A DNA stretch of 64,000 nt from Prorocentrum cordatum (taxonomy: Eukaryota): assembly GCA_963575745.1 (NCBI GenBank), contig CAUYUJ010000303.1, positions 62,001-126,000 of the forward strand. Direction: 5' to 3'. Shown piece by piece: positions 33,052 through 45,405 of this stretch. The position numbers and the translations under genes were made by a program. Within the stretch, counting starts at the first letter, position 1. Each line of letters begins with the position of its first letter. The notes under the pieces are model-generated. The model worked only from the letters and a program-made list of their open reading frames with translations. It did not search any database and was not told the origin of the DNA.

Positions 33052-35016
33052 TCAGAGCGTCAAGGCATTCTGGTACCCCTCATTCTTGGGGCCCTTCGGC
33101 TCCAAGAACTCGTAGTGCTCGTCGGCAAGCTTGAGCCAGATCTCCTTCTCCCGAGGCTTCTGACCGTTCTCTCTGCCGTACAGGCGCCGTTCAGCCGTGC
33201 CAGGGGGTTCAACCCAAACGTAGATATCTGTCTTCTTGGCGTCAGGCGAAGATGCTGGCGCCCCGCTGTCGCTGATCTTCTTGAGGACCTTGCCAAAATC
33301 TTTCCACTTCGAAGTCTTCCCCTGCTTCTCAACCATCGCCCGAAGAGCTCCTTGAACCTTACCTCCAGTGGCGAAGTCCTGCTCGTCCTTGGGTCTGGTA
33401 GAGCCCGATATCGAGTGAAAGCCGCGGCCAGCTGCAATGCAGAAGCAACCACCATCACCTGCGCAAGCGCGTACGTGCTTGTACTTGGCGAACGGCGGAT
33501 CATGAACGCGGTCGATGACGCGTCCATCTTCACCCCGACGTCGAGAAGCTGGCTGGCCTGCGCCTGCGGCTGCCGCCGCGGCAGGAGCTTTGCCATTCTC
33601 ATCTCGCTCTGGGTCAGCTTCAGGTTGTCCAGCTGCAGGGGGCGGCGCGGCCGCCTCCTCGCCGAACTGGTCGAACTGCATCGTAGGCTTCAACGCTCCC
33701 TGGGCACTCTTCGGCTTCGCCTTGGCCTCTGGTCGCGTCGTTCCTGAAGCACCTTGCTTGGCCACGGCCCTAGAGACAGTAATCCCAGAGTCGAACCAAT
33801 AGAATGATGATAAAGCCCCCGCAGGAGTATCTGCGTAAAAGTCCACGCCCGTACACCTTGACGCCGTGCATCACGAATGTGGGAGATGCCTCTGTCCTTC
33901 GCCCAATCCGCAACTTCCGCTCCAGTAGCCCAGCTTGGAGGCGCATGCTTGGCATGCCACCGCATAGCGTCAGCAGACCAAGGGGGGCGCTGATCCCAAC
34001 CAACAACTCCAAGTTTAGAACGTCCCCGAGGACGATGCACCAGTCGACCCTCGCCCTTGTCCGCGGCCACTCGCGAGAAGTAGTCCGCGTCCGTCTCGCC
34101 ATCTGCTTGGAGAAACCATCGCGCCGTAGAGCCCGCCCCCTCTTGACGGTCCTGAGGCATGACAAAACACCCACGTGGAGAAACACGTTGTTGAAACATG
34201 GCCGCGTACTTCTCCGTCGCGCTGGCAACCGCCGCGGCCTCGCAGTCGCAATCAACAGTACCACGCGCGCGAGGAACCAGACCTGAAAGCTCCTCTCCCA
34301 CAGTAAGCAACGGCAGCCTCCGAGGATCGCCCATCGCCTGAGAGAACAACTCGTCGTCTGCATAGTAGTCAGACATCGCAATCCTGAAAAGCACCGTCTT
34401 GAGCTTCTCCTCCTCGAAGGGCGCGTCGTTCTTCATGCCAGCGGGCAGCGAAGCCCGACGCGGAGCCGCTTCGCCAGCATAAAACGATCGTCGCCTTGAA
34501 CTTGGTCGGGCCCTGGGCGCCCTCGACGAGCACCTCCTGGCCCCCTCGGCCGTCCAGCCAGACGCTGGCGATGTTCTGGCGATGGCCGAAACACCTCCTG
34601 GCTTCCTCGACCTCGTCGGCCTCCTGCTTCGCGTGCGAGACCACGACCGCCGCGGCGTCGCTACTCTCGAAGAAATTCACCACCTGCTCGGCGAGGATCA
34701 CAGACGCCTCGCCCCAGGGAGTCGCCCAGAGCTTGAACCGCTTCTCGGGCTTGGGGTCGGCGTTGGGCTTGGCGTTCGCGTCGTACTGGCTAATCACCTC
34801 CCGATGAGCTGCGATGATCGTGCCAGTCGTCTCGATGCCGTCTAAATGTTGGGCCAACTCCTTCAACCTCCTCACCGCGGGGATGTCCTGAGGCTGCGCA
34901 GATGGCACTCGTTGAGATCGCTGAGGCGTCGCTGGCGGGCGCTTCACCCGCTGCGCCTTCGTAGCCTGTACTCGCAGTGCGTCCAAGCTCGCTGCCAGTG
35001 CGCCGAGTCGCCGCAT
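33052..35016 (-). pseudogene. LINE A ORF1-like protein with a C-terminal OTU-like motif, frameshifted
   Basis: Overlapping ORFs 34369-35016, 33690-34436 and 33052-33846; GDGGCF...HYE near the C-terminus. Confidence 0.6.
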
Positions 35017-35423
35017 GACGGCCTTCTCGTCTCTTTTCTTCTGAGACGAGCGGGAGCCGTTCCCGCAGCAAAGGGGGTCTTGAAAACTACGGTCGCCGTC
35101 TGCATGACAATCACCTTGAAAAGAGGCTCATCTGCAAGGACAAGAACGTCTGGAACTGACAGCGTCGCCCCCACAACACCGTCCGAAATATGAAGTGCAT
35201 CAGCCTCTCGCCGTACAGGAGTACAGGAAGCGGCCCCGAAGAACTTGGCAATGACAGGGTGCCACCCCATTACCATACCCATAACCAAATTAAAAACGCG
35301 TGCGGCCTCGCCCCGTCGAAGGAGCCCCTGCCCCCTCCACCGTGCTTCGCGACGTTCATACACTGATGAAGTCGCCGACGCCACCGAGGAACTGGTCGTC
35401 CCAGGAGGTGGCTGCGTGACGCC

Positions 35424-35613
35424 CTGCTTCAGCAAACCAGCGATCTGCCCGCTCTGCGGGGCGTAGCCCTGCGAGAACGGGTTGCCGGACAAGAAAGACA
35501 ACAGCGCCTGCCTGTCCTCCTCGAGCATGTCTTGCGTAGTCTGTGAGCGCAGTATTGTTTTCAGGACGCTGACCGACTGAGTCTGCAGGAAGGAGCCCGC
35601 CATTTCTTTCTGT
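35424..35613 (-). pseudogene. Host coiled-coil protein gene, fragment 3
   Basis: QKEMAGSFLQT...DRQALLSFLSG...YAPQSGQIAGLLKQ, bounded by the TSDs of LINE A and LINE C. Confidence 0.85.
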
Positions 35614-36212
35614 GTGAACACTTTGTTACCGGACATCCGGTACGCGGTCAGAGACGGCGGCGAGCCTGCGGAGGGCTCGCGAGATGATCGATCTTCCCAT
35701 ACTACACTGCTGCTTTCTGCTCCTGGTCTGATCTTCCTCAGCCTTCTCTCCCACCTCCACCTCCACACTTCCTCCTCTTATTACGATGCTTTTCCACCTC
35801 CTCGACCTCCTCACCCTCCTTAGCTTTCTGTCTCCTACTTCTCTTCCTCGCCTTTCTGGCCACCTCCTCAGCCTCCTCACAGTCCCCTTCCTCTTCCTCC
35901 TCTTTCTCTCCCTCCTCCTCCTCAGCGAAGACGGTTCTCGTCCTCCTGGGCCTCCTTGCCTGCTCTCCCTCGGCGTCCGTGCGGCGATGTCTCTGATGCA
36001 GGATGCATTGCCGGACGCTGGCCATGTAGTGGATCCGCTGTTTGAACTCCTCCACCTCCCTCTTGCCGCGAAGCAGCCTGGTTGGCCAGACCGGCCACTC
36101 CGGGTTCGGCGGGATCGCCACGAACCTCCTCCACTGCGCAAACCTCGGGCATCTCCAGAAGGTGTGCGCTGCGTCGTCGACCTCGTCCAAGTCGCAGCCG
36201 AGGCACTTGGGT
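35614..36212 (-). mobile_element. 5'-truncated non-LTR retrotransposon (LINE C, ~600 bp)
   Basis: 17-bp TSD ccgccatttctttctgt at 35597-35613 and 36213-36229; encodes only the C-terminal zinc finger CLGC..HTFWRC. Confidence 0.85.
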
Positions 36213-36307
36213 CCGCCATTTCTTTCTGTAGAGCCGTGGTGGCCTTCACGATCGCGTTGATGTTGGCGACGTACTCGTCCTTGGCGGCGACGAAAGCGGC
36301 GTTGTCT
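36213..36307 (-). pseudogene. Host coiled-coil protein gene, fragment 2
   Basis: DNAAFVAAKDEYVANINAIVKATTALQKEMA between the TSDs of LINE B and LINE C. Confidence 0.85.
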
Positions 36308-36564
36308 CACACATGGTCCATATATCTACCTTGGCGCACGTCCGCGGTAGCAACATAATTGCTAAACATCATAGACCTGCTTCCTCTTGTAGACGAGCAA
36401 GTACGATACAACTGAGCCCACTGTGTCACACAATGGCCATCATGCAAACTGAACGACTTCACGACCTGCGTCAAACACTCAAGGCCGTGGGTGATGTAAA
36501 ATTGAACGACTTCACGACCTGCGTCAAACACTCAAGGTCGTGGGAAATGTGATGGTGAAATGTG

Positions 36565-39500
36565 TTATCGTCCCGAGCAGATGGCTGCACATAACTCGAA
36601 CAAATTCCTCTTGGCAGTCTGCTTGGAACACTTCATGCACTCGAGCTCCTGGCCAACACGTGCTTGTCGGAAAGGAAGAAGGACATGGCATCGGTTGCCT
36701 GGTGTCTCGGTACGTCTGTTGTGTTCCACGATCAATTGGTTATAATCATCTGGCGTTCGCTTCTGGCCGCATTGGTGTGGCCCTGCTGGCAGAACTCCAG
36801 GCGTGCAAAGTAGGCGAGGCCACGAACTGAAGCGACCAATCCCCGCAGTGGTGAATCCGCACTGGATGCAGTACAAGTGCGGGTCTTGGTCGCGCCTAGC
36901 TCCAGTGAGCGGCCCAAGCACGTGATAGCCTTGCTGTCGGGCCTCTCGGTTGTGGAGAAGCCGTTTCTGTTCATCAGCGAGAGCTCGTCCTTGTAGGCCT
37001 TGAAACTCTCGCTCCTCCTCTGGCGTCCAGGTCACCACGTTGCGTAGCTTCTGGACCGATGCGACATTCCTGGTGTGGGTGCCTCTCTCCGCGAGCGCTG
37101 CCACAGATTGCATGGCCCGTGTGGAAAGATCACTATCTCGAACAGTCTTGGCGATATTTTCCTGGAGACGTGGAACGTTCCAGATCGGCTTCGGGGGCGA
37201 GCACCAATCAGGACGGACGTCTAGGCTGCCTTTGCGATCTGTGGAGGCGAGGGCCAAGGCATAGATCACCTTCATCGTGTGCTGGTGGGCCAAGAAGGCC
37301 GCTCGACATTTGAACCCTGGAGCTTTCCGAAGTCCAAGAGGTATCAGAGCGCTTATCTCGGCGTAGGTCTCGCGCGGGGCCAGTTTGCACTTGCACAATT
37401 GAGCCATTCTCGTTGCTGCAGTGCTGAAGTATCTGGCCATGCGCACAATCTTCGCATCGCTGGCACTCTCCTGTGGAGTGACGAGAGGGAGGCCAGTTAC
37501 AATAGTGAAGTCGATGGCAAGCTCAACCCAGGATACAGACATCGGAGCTCGCACTGTGTCATCTGCTTCCCATTGCAGTTGTGAAAAATACCATACCACC
37601 GCTGGGAATAGAGATTGCTGATAGCACCAAGCTCGAATAGCGACCGTCTCGGGTAGGATCGGCTTGAACTTCCACTCGTGTATATTCGGCTGGATTGGAT
37701 CCCATTGGTAACCTGGAAAGGCAGCTTTCGGGGACCAGTTCGTCGGGTTCGTGATGGATTGATCTAGGGCCAGACCAGTCGATGCCACCTGGGGCCTCGC
37801 GCTCGATGAAGAGCTGGGCCCCCAAGGAGTGGTTGCTGTCTGGTCTGCTTCTGGAGGTGCTTTGCATACTAGTCGGCGCCTTCGCAAAGGTGATGGGGCC
37901 GAAGATGCTGACTGAGGTGGTGGCGAGGATGCTCGTCTTGACGGTGGCTGGGGGGTTGCTCGTTGTCCGAGTCCATGCCCAGATGCGCCCACGGATCCTT
38001 TTCATTATCCTCGCCAGGTTGCACAAGTTGTTGACCATCAAGTTCGGCTTGCTCCATAGCTTGAGCCTGCTCGCACCTGGCATGATGTGAATCCCTTCCC
38101 ATCTCTTTCAGCTCCTTGGCTCGGTGCATGAGAATGACCGTCGCTGTGTGCTGGAGGAGGTAACATAACTTCTGTTCTTGTCGATGTTGTTGCCGAATCG
38201 CATCTGGTAGGCCGTGAGACCTTGCCGCGCGTACAGCTCCAGCATCAGCTTGATTGTTCAACTCCCATAGGTGGCGTTCATCTTCTGGAATGTCTCGCTC
38301 ACGTCGGTGGGCTTTGACCTTCTGAATCCGAAATAGCTCACGTCCTTTGGCATTGAGTCCAGCCTCGATGGCCTGCCAGAGGTCGGTATGCTGCTTGGTG
38401 TGCAATGTTTCTCCTCGAAGAAGTGCAGAAAAATTGCGAACACAATAACTGCTGTCAGTCAAGTAGATCTGTCTGCCCCAGCTCCATGCCACGAAGTGGC
38501 GGAGTGCTGCGACCTCGGCGCGCTGAGCGCCTTGGGCCACACTGCGTAGGTGTACTTCAACGTTGCAAGGATGCCCCCTGCCGTAGCATAGTGAATACCC
38601 CGACCTGCGGAGGCGCAAGTCGGACGCCTGGCCAGGACATGACCCGTCACCCGCTACCACAGTGAAACCGTCGATCTTGGTGAGAATACTTTTTTTCATC
38701 TTCTCCCACTTCGTACTCGCCGCCAGCGTGATGTGGCGGTGCATGTAGAGGAGGATCATCTGGAAGTAGCTCGCATGCAAATGCGTCGTATTCTGGCTTG
38801 TCTGGAAGTTGACCACAACACAAAAGGCACGTCGGTAGCGCAAGAAGTTCTTCTCGCGTGTAGCTGTCCAGGGGCGCCCTTCGTTGTGGTTCCCATCTGG
38901 GGCAGTCCAATATGATGTGCTGCATGGTCTCGTCGGGGGCGAGGCAGAACGGGCACTTCATGTGGGCTGGATTCTTAGTGATATAATGTAGTCTGTGTCC
39001 AGTGATGGTGCCTCCTTGTAGATAAGCACGCAAGAAAGGAACCTGCTTAGTAGTCAATTTGGGTACTGGAATGCCCGAGGCTCCAAGTAGTAGCGGTGGC
39101 TGCTCCTTCGACTCGTCATCTACGTCCTCATCGTCAGGCTTGGTGATGCGGTCAGCCTTGCGCAAGATGGACGTGGTTACGTGGTAATTCAGGCCAGCAG
39201 AGCAGCCCTTCATATCTTTGCGTTCTTGCAACTGGGGGTCGGATCGACACACGAAACGTCGAATATCCTCTCTCAGTATATGCTGCCACCAGCCCGTGGG
39301 GTGCTTGGTGAGGTAAACTCTTTGATGATTTGCCCTCTCGAAGTAGTCGAAGGCTGGCCATGTCCATTGCAGGTCTTTCAAGACTGAGCGGAATCTGTTG
39401 ATTGGCCCAGTGTCGCTATCCTTCACATTACATGTAATTCGATGTTGCAAAATATCCCAACACTGCTTCGCACGTCGTAGTAGTCGTGGTGCACTCGGGC

Positions 39501-42500
39501 TGGAGAAGAGCCGCCTTGCTATCACCAGCGGTTGGGCAGTGGCAATCTGCACAGGGCCAAGCAGGTGACCTCGAGTAACAAGAGTGAGAGTCATGGCTGG
39601 GGAACGATGCGCTCTCCCCCTTTGCCACATACTTTTCTTATCACCGCCGATCTGAAGTTGAGATGATTGTGTTTCGGCAGTCGTCGGTATTCCACCCCTG
39701 GCGCAAGACGTGGCAAGGCCGCAGTGGCCAAGAGACGCTGCTTTCCCTGAAGTCCAAGTGGGGCTGCTCCAGTGCGTTGTGTCACTCGATATGCTGAAGT
39801 GTACCGTCGGCGTCTCTCGACCTGCGGGCACATGCCCAGTGTGCAAATCTCCCCTCCCACAAGAGTAAAGTTGCGTACAATCGATGCTTGGTCATGTCCT
39901 TGGGCGTGGAGATGGTTCCGAAGCTCCCTTTCTGCCTTGATCGATGTGGCGAAGTGCTTGGTTTTGTCAACATTGGTTTGTGTACCTGAATGTCGATCAA
40001 ATTCTACTGAAATGGTCGTTGCGTTGGCGGTCCGAATGGCATGATTGGGTCCTTCTGCTCTGAAATTTCCATCATCAATGAAGGAGGCAACTTTCACCTC
40101 CGCTTCCCTCTCCAGGGCGTAACTCCATATCGACATCAAAGCGAGTGCTTGCTGCAAGGACCAGGAGTCGCCTTGAATAAAACCGTTGCTGCGCTTAGTT
40201 TCAGGGCCTACTGCTCGTGCTACCTTCCACCTCGCTCGGAGGTCCTCATAGAAGATGGTGGACGCATGCATGACCCCGTCTGGGCAGCCCAGCGCTTTCA
40301 TCAGCCTGTTGCCGATCTCGTACTCGAGAAGATCGAAGAATTTTCGGCGGCCCGCTGAACATCCGGAGGTCGGGGTGCCTGTGATGTGTGCGTATTCTAT
40401 GTCCAGCGCCAACTCCCAAGATACAGCTTGGTAGTGGTACCCTTTCCTCGCCCCAGTAGCGCCATCATGAAGCCAGAGTTCGCGCCAGGGGGCCATTTGG
40501 GTGAATCTGTCGCCTGTGACGGCAGTGTAGATTGGGCTCAAATTGGTGATAGGCCTCGTGTCTGAAATAGATGCTGTCCACACGTTGTCTGGCTCTATCT
40601 CCGCAGCAAGGTCAGCCTCCTGATCCCATTTCGGGAGGCAGCTCGTTATTCCAAGGGTCATCGCACGTGGCCAACGTAACCAGGCATCCTCCACCCCCTT
40701 GCAGAGGGCGGCGAAGAGGTCACACATGCAGGGTGGCAAGAGGCGAAGCTCGGCAACTCTCCATCCGTCAGCAGCAGCAGCGCGATGTACATTCATTTTG
40801 CAGAATTGTTGGTGAAGTCGTTGGCCTGTGATGTCCTCGATATCGCAAGGATGTTGCTTTACGTACTTGCCAAACCGAGCCTCAAACTTGTTCCACGTCT
40901 TCAGCTCACCCTTGTTGAAAATATTGCTCCAAAAGAGATCAATATGTTGTAGCATTTCCGTTCTGCGTGTGTGAATCCGAGCAGGGTCTGCATGTCCACG
41001 CACTGCATGAATAGTCTGATATTGGCGCTGTTTGATCCAAGCATAGACCTCACGGCCTCCTGAGTAGCGTAAAGATTATCTCAAGGTCTTGCGCCAGCTA
41101 TCAATCCTTGCTATCTTTCGCTCCTTGACGTGCTTGCTATGCTTTTTCTCCAGGCCTGTAGTCCATTCCCCAATCTGGGCTGAACACGGCAGTCCAATAG
41201 GTAGAACAGCTGGAGGTAGATGTAGTTCGCGTTGGAGTGGTCCTCGTATCTTACGCCACAGCGCCTGGGACCGCAAAGTGACTTGAAAGCTGGGATGTGT
41301 GGCACCACGATGCAATTGCAGTGCAAGCTCGGCAAGACGGCTGATGAGGTTCTCCAAGCGTCGTAGAATAGTCGCTGTGGGTCCCTCTTTTAGCTTGTCT
41401 CGCCCCGCAGGTGGTGCCGTACTTTCCCAGGTTGTGAGTTCAGGCTCTTGGCTTCGACCATGATACGCAGCTCCAAAAGTAATGCCGGTGTGATCAAGCC
41501 TCTTCTCAAGATAAAGTTCTCCGATCTTTCCGACAAGGGCCCAAGCATCTGCAGCCCGTTCGTCTACAAGCGCTTGCTCGAAAGATTCATAGTGTACTTC
41601 TATACATTGTCGTCCAAGGGCATCGCTCTCTTCGGCACTGATTTTGATGACGGAATCAACTGGATAGGCGCGTGGGATCCTGATGCTGTCGAACGCATTC
41701 GTCAGCTGCACAACGTTCAGCACCATCTCGAGCCCCAAGTGACTTTTGATACCAAGGTCGCGGCGTAGTCGGAACGTCTTGATCGCATCCCTGGCCGCCG
41801 TGTTGACAATGACGAGGTCTGGACGACTCACATTCGTTCCAGGTGTAAATTTGTCCCAAGTAGGGTCCACTCCGTATGTCGGTTCGGCTCCATGCATAGC
41901 TCCCACGTCGTGCCAGCGGCCCGTGGCAAGAATAGCAGCCAATGTTGAGGAATGTCCCGTGGTGGTATTCGCGTCCATGCAGATGACCACGGCTTGGTCG
42001 CCTAGGCTCTCAGCATCCTCGAAAGTGCAGTGCAGGTTCCGATCACTCCGGGTCCTGATCATGTTGTCGTGGCCAGCCTCGTTGTAGAGATTGACGAAGT
42101 GGATGGGACGTGAGCCAAAGAGTGCAACTACTCGCAACCAGCGGGTCGTCGCAAACGTCTCTTTGGCAGCCCCACACTTTCGCCCGCCTGGAAGCGTGAC
42201 CAGCGATCGTTTGGCAATAGTAGCAACACCGCCTTGTTGTGCACGGTGATATTTATCTCCAAGACATTTCTGGGCTTTGAGCGGGTGTCCGAAAGTGGCT
42301 TCATATCCATGAGCCTGGCACGCCTTCGAGCACCCCATCTGTTGTTTGTAATCTAATCGCGTCTCTTGCAATAGAAGTAGGTCAGCGTCCATGGTGCCCA
42401 TGCGGCCCACAAACGAATTCCAGGATGTAACATTTGCTGATAAAATGGTGGCCAATACTGGGATCTCTCCCTCTGCCGCCGCCGTTGGGGGTGGCGGCTG

Positions 42501-42530
42501 CTTGCCTCGCATACGTCGCGAAGCCATCAT
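36565..42530 (-). pseudogene. LINE B ORF2: AP endonuclease, RT, zinc finger, RNase H and Cys-rich tail (one stop and several frameshifts)
   Basis: SANVTSW, LQETRL, MDAN and RPDLV (EN); RPIT, RKFFD, QGDSWS and FIDD (RT); CPFC..HIILDC; GDGSC, RAE, TDS, KVKAH and NNQAD (RNase H). Confidence 0.9.
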
Positions 42531-44732
42531 TGTTCCACCTTCATTTCCAAGGACGTCTTGAGCTTCTTCGTGAACTCCTCAAGCTCGGCCTTCCGTTTAC
42601 GTTCTTCGTCAGTGACCCGAGTAGCTGTCGATGGCGAGGACGGTGTAGCGGTAGTAGCTGGACCAATCATCATGTCCAGACACCGCGCTAGTCCTTGACC
42701 TTGGAGCTGTAGCTGTGATATGATTGCTGAGTTGTGGCTTCCAACTGCGGCTCCAACAGCAGATGTTAGAAATTCATGAAATTCTGAAGAAAGCCCTGCA
42801 CCTGCTTCTGGCTGTTGAGCTTGCGGTTGTACTCGAGGTGGCATTTGTACATCTTGGGCCTGTGCAGTCGGATTCGGTCGAGTCAATTGCGCAGCAATGC
42901 TCTTTCGAACTGTTGATGGTGGCTTCGGTGTAGATGTAGTCGCACTCGTAGAATATTGCGTGACAAGCTCGGCCCACGCATGAACTGTGGCAGGAGCTTC
43001 GGTAGTCTTCTCAACTTTTGGATTTATCGTAGCTTGACATCCTCCAATAGATATCACGACTGGCTGGGGCTGCTTCAGCTCGCACACGTACCACTGGGAC
43101 GCGTCGCTTGCCATTGCCACGTTGTCGTACACTCACAAATTCAGATTGCCAGCCCAGCTGCGTCTTGAGCTGATCACACAAAGATTTTCCGTCGATTAAA
43201 GCTGGCAAGGGGGAGATCTCATAGATCGTGGCCGCTGGAGGGGCTCTCTGCTGGAGCGCCTGCCAGGCTGATGCCGCATTTTGCTTTTTGACACGAAGAA
43301 TGAGATTGAGCGACTTGAAGTGATAGCCAAGCCCACACACGCCTTCCAGGGAGGCAGTCGACTCGATCGCCTCGGCAATGGTTTTGCCACGCTGGAAGGG
43401 TACAAACTCCTCATCCTGTTTTTCCTGTTTGAGTACTGCTCCGTCACTGCCAATGCTGGATCTCTGAAAGAAGACGCCATCAGGGCCTGACACTTCGCGA
43501 AGCTGTTGAACTCGATTTGCTGGTATACGAAATAGAGCTGATAATACACGGCGGCCTACATCATCCTCATTGAACATCCTTCCACTGTAACAGGTAATCT
43601 CCAGGTCAGTGGGGACAAGTTTGGTCTTGACGATGTTGGCCATCTCAGCGTCGAGGACGCGCCAGGGCGGCAACTCATTGAACTTCTTACGAGGGCCTCC
43701 CCCGCCTGCTTCTGATCGCTTGTCACGAGCCGCTGTCGCTTGGCGATGAAGACGCAATAGCTCCTTAAAAAGTTTTTCTGATGAGTGCTCCTCCAGCACA
43801 GCCACAGACATAAGAACTGCTGACTGGCATTCGATCTTGGTGGGAACACGCGTAGGTTTGATGGCCGTGCCCTGCTCGCCAACGTGCTGCCACACGAATA
43901 GCTTGCGTAGTTCACGGCGGCCGTCTGGATGAACCAACGGTACACTCAGTAGGGAAATGCGGTCCGTCAGTCCACGTTGAGCACACTGAAGAACGAGATC
44001 TTTGGGTAGACTATCTGGCGGTTGTGCGAGGACAAACCCGAATGGGTCGCTCGAGGGCGCTCTGTTCCAGAAGTCCTTATCTGCAAGTAGCTGTGACATC
44101 TCGCTAACGGTAACCAGATGGATCCGCTTCATGTCATCGTACTGTTGAGGTAGTCCACGCGTAGTGGACAAAGACCAGTCCGCATCATCGAGCTTGGTAG
44201 TCGTCTGCCAGCTCGGTGGAATAGTAGCCGTGGTAGTCTTCTTCTTCTTGAGCTTATTCTTCTTGGGCTCCTTGTCCGTTGCTGGAGGTGTTGAACCGAT
44301 CGGCCTCTCCTTCAACCACTTCGTGATCTCTGGAAAGATCTTGTCCGCCTCCATTCGTGAAATTTCTGCCATGCGCTCCTTGCTCACGTTCCTGAGGTGG
44401 TCGTAAGTCTTCTGAGCTTGTGGCATACCCTTGATCTCAAGCACCGTCGTCACTCGAGATGCCAGCATTGCAGGAGTATTGGCCAACTTCGCCAATCTCT
44501 TGCGCAGCGCAACCTTTGCTCCACGGTCAGATCCGTTGCCGTGGAGCGCATGTTGAAGTCTATTCCATGCTTGGTGGGTTATCAACCACCTGTATCCCAA
44601 TGAATATTCCCGATCACCAGGAAAGACGAAGCCCCAACAACATCCTTCCTCAACTGATATCAATATTCTGAACAAACATGTGAACGCACTTCGCAACGTC
44701 ATCGAGAGCACCGTGCAACACTGCAGGGTCAC
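42527..44732 (-). CDS. LINE B ORF1 (43011-44732 plus 42527-43132, one frameshift)
   Basis: Long ORF upstream of the endonuclease; its stop overlaps the ORF2 start (ATGA at 42530-42527). Confidence 0.7.
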
Positions 44733-44855
44733 CCTCCCACTTCGCTGTCATGACACCCGAGAGCTCGAAGTTGGAGCTCAGAAGGTTGTACGTCTCGGTG
44801 GAGCAGGTCCCAGAGCTCATGGTCAAGCCCCACAGGTCATACTCCACTGTGTCAC

Positions 44856-45066
44856 CGAAAGCGGCGTTGTCTTTCTTGCGGATCCCCGTCGCCTCCGCGA
44901 TCGCAGCCTTGGCGGCAGAGCGGCCCTCCTGGTCCTGCTTCAGGCCCTCCTTCGTTTCCGCGAGCGTGGCCTCGGAGTCCTTCAGCTCGCTGGCGATCTG
45001 GGGGAGCTTCGTCTCCGCGTCGCTGATGCTCGTGGAGAGGTCGCCAGACCCAGTCTTGCAGTAGCA
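44856..45066 (-). pseudogene. Host coiled-coil protein gene, fragment 1
   Basis: CYCKTGSGDLSTSISDAETK...AAIAEATGIRKKDNAAF; joins fragment 2 in frame across the 17-bp TSD. Confidence 0.85.
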
Positions 45067-45405
45067 TGTGTAGACCAAGAAGCCCTCGTGGGGCAGGCCG
45101 GCGCCGTCTGCATGCTGTGCGGCGCTGCCAGTGCCTCCGAGGAGGCCGGGTCGGCCCCTGCCCCGCTTCCAGCCTCCTGCCGCCGTGGCAGCCGAGGAGG
45201 CCGGCGAGGCCGGCGGCGGCGGCAGTGCAAGCAGCGTTGGGGGGGGGCCTCCTCCTCCACCCCCTCCTCGGCGCCCACCAACTCCGAAATCCCCTCGCCT
45301 GTCTCCTCCTCAGCCTCTCCCCTCCCTGCTGCTGCTTCCTCGGCGCCTTCCTCCTCCTCCTCACTCTGTCCTCCTCCTCTGTCTCCTTCCTGCTGCGCCG
45401 GCGCC

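Larger units (their letters stand above)
28545..35423 (-). mobile_element. Non-LTR retrotransposon (LINE A), degenerate, apparently full length
   Basis: 13-bp TSD ctgcttcagcaaa at 28532-28544 and 35424-35436; EN, RT and zinc-finger motifs inside. Confidence 0.9.
36308..44855 (-). mobile_element. Full-length non-LTR retrotransposon with RNase H (LINE B, 8.5 kb)
   Basis: 17-bp TSD cgaaagcggcgttgtct at 36291-36307 and 44856-44872; ORF1 plus EN-RT-RH ORF2. Confidence 0.93.

Noticed and set aside
28532..35436. LINE A as a clean spliceable intron
   Set aside because: Exact excision would need a GG donor, and I found no convincing in-frame GT/GC-AG pair at the TSD.
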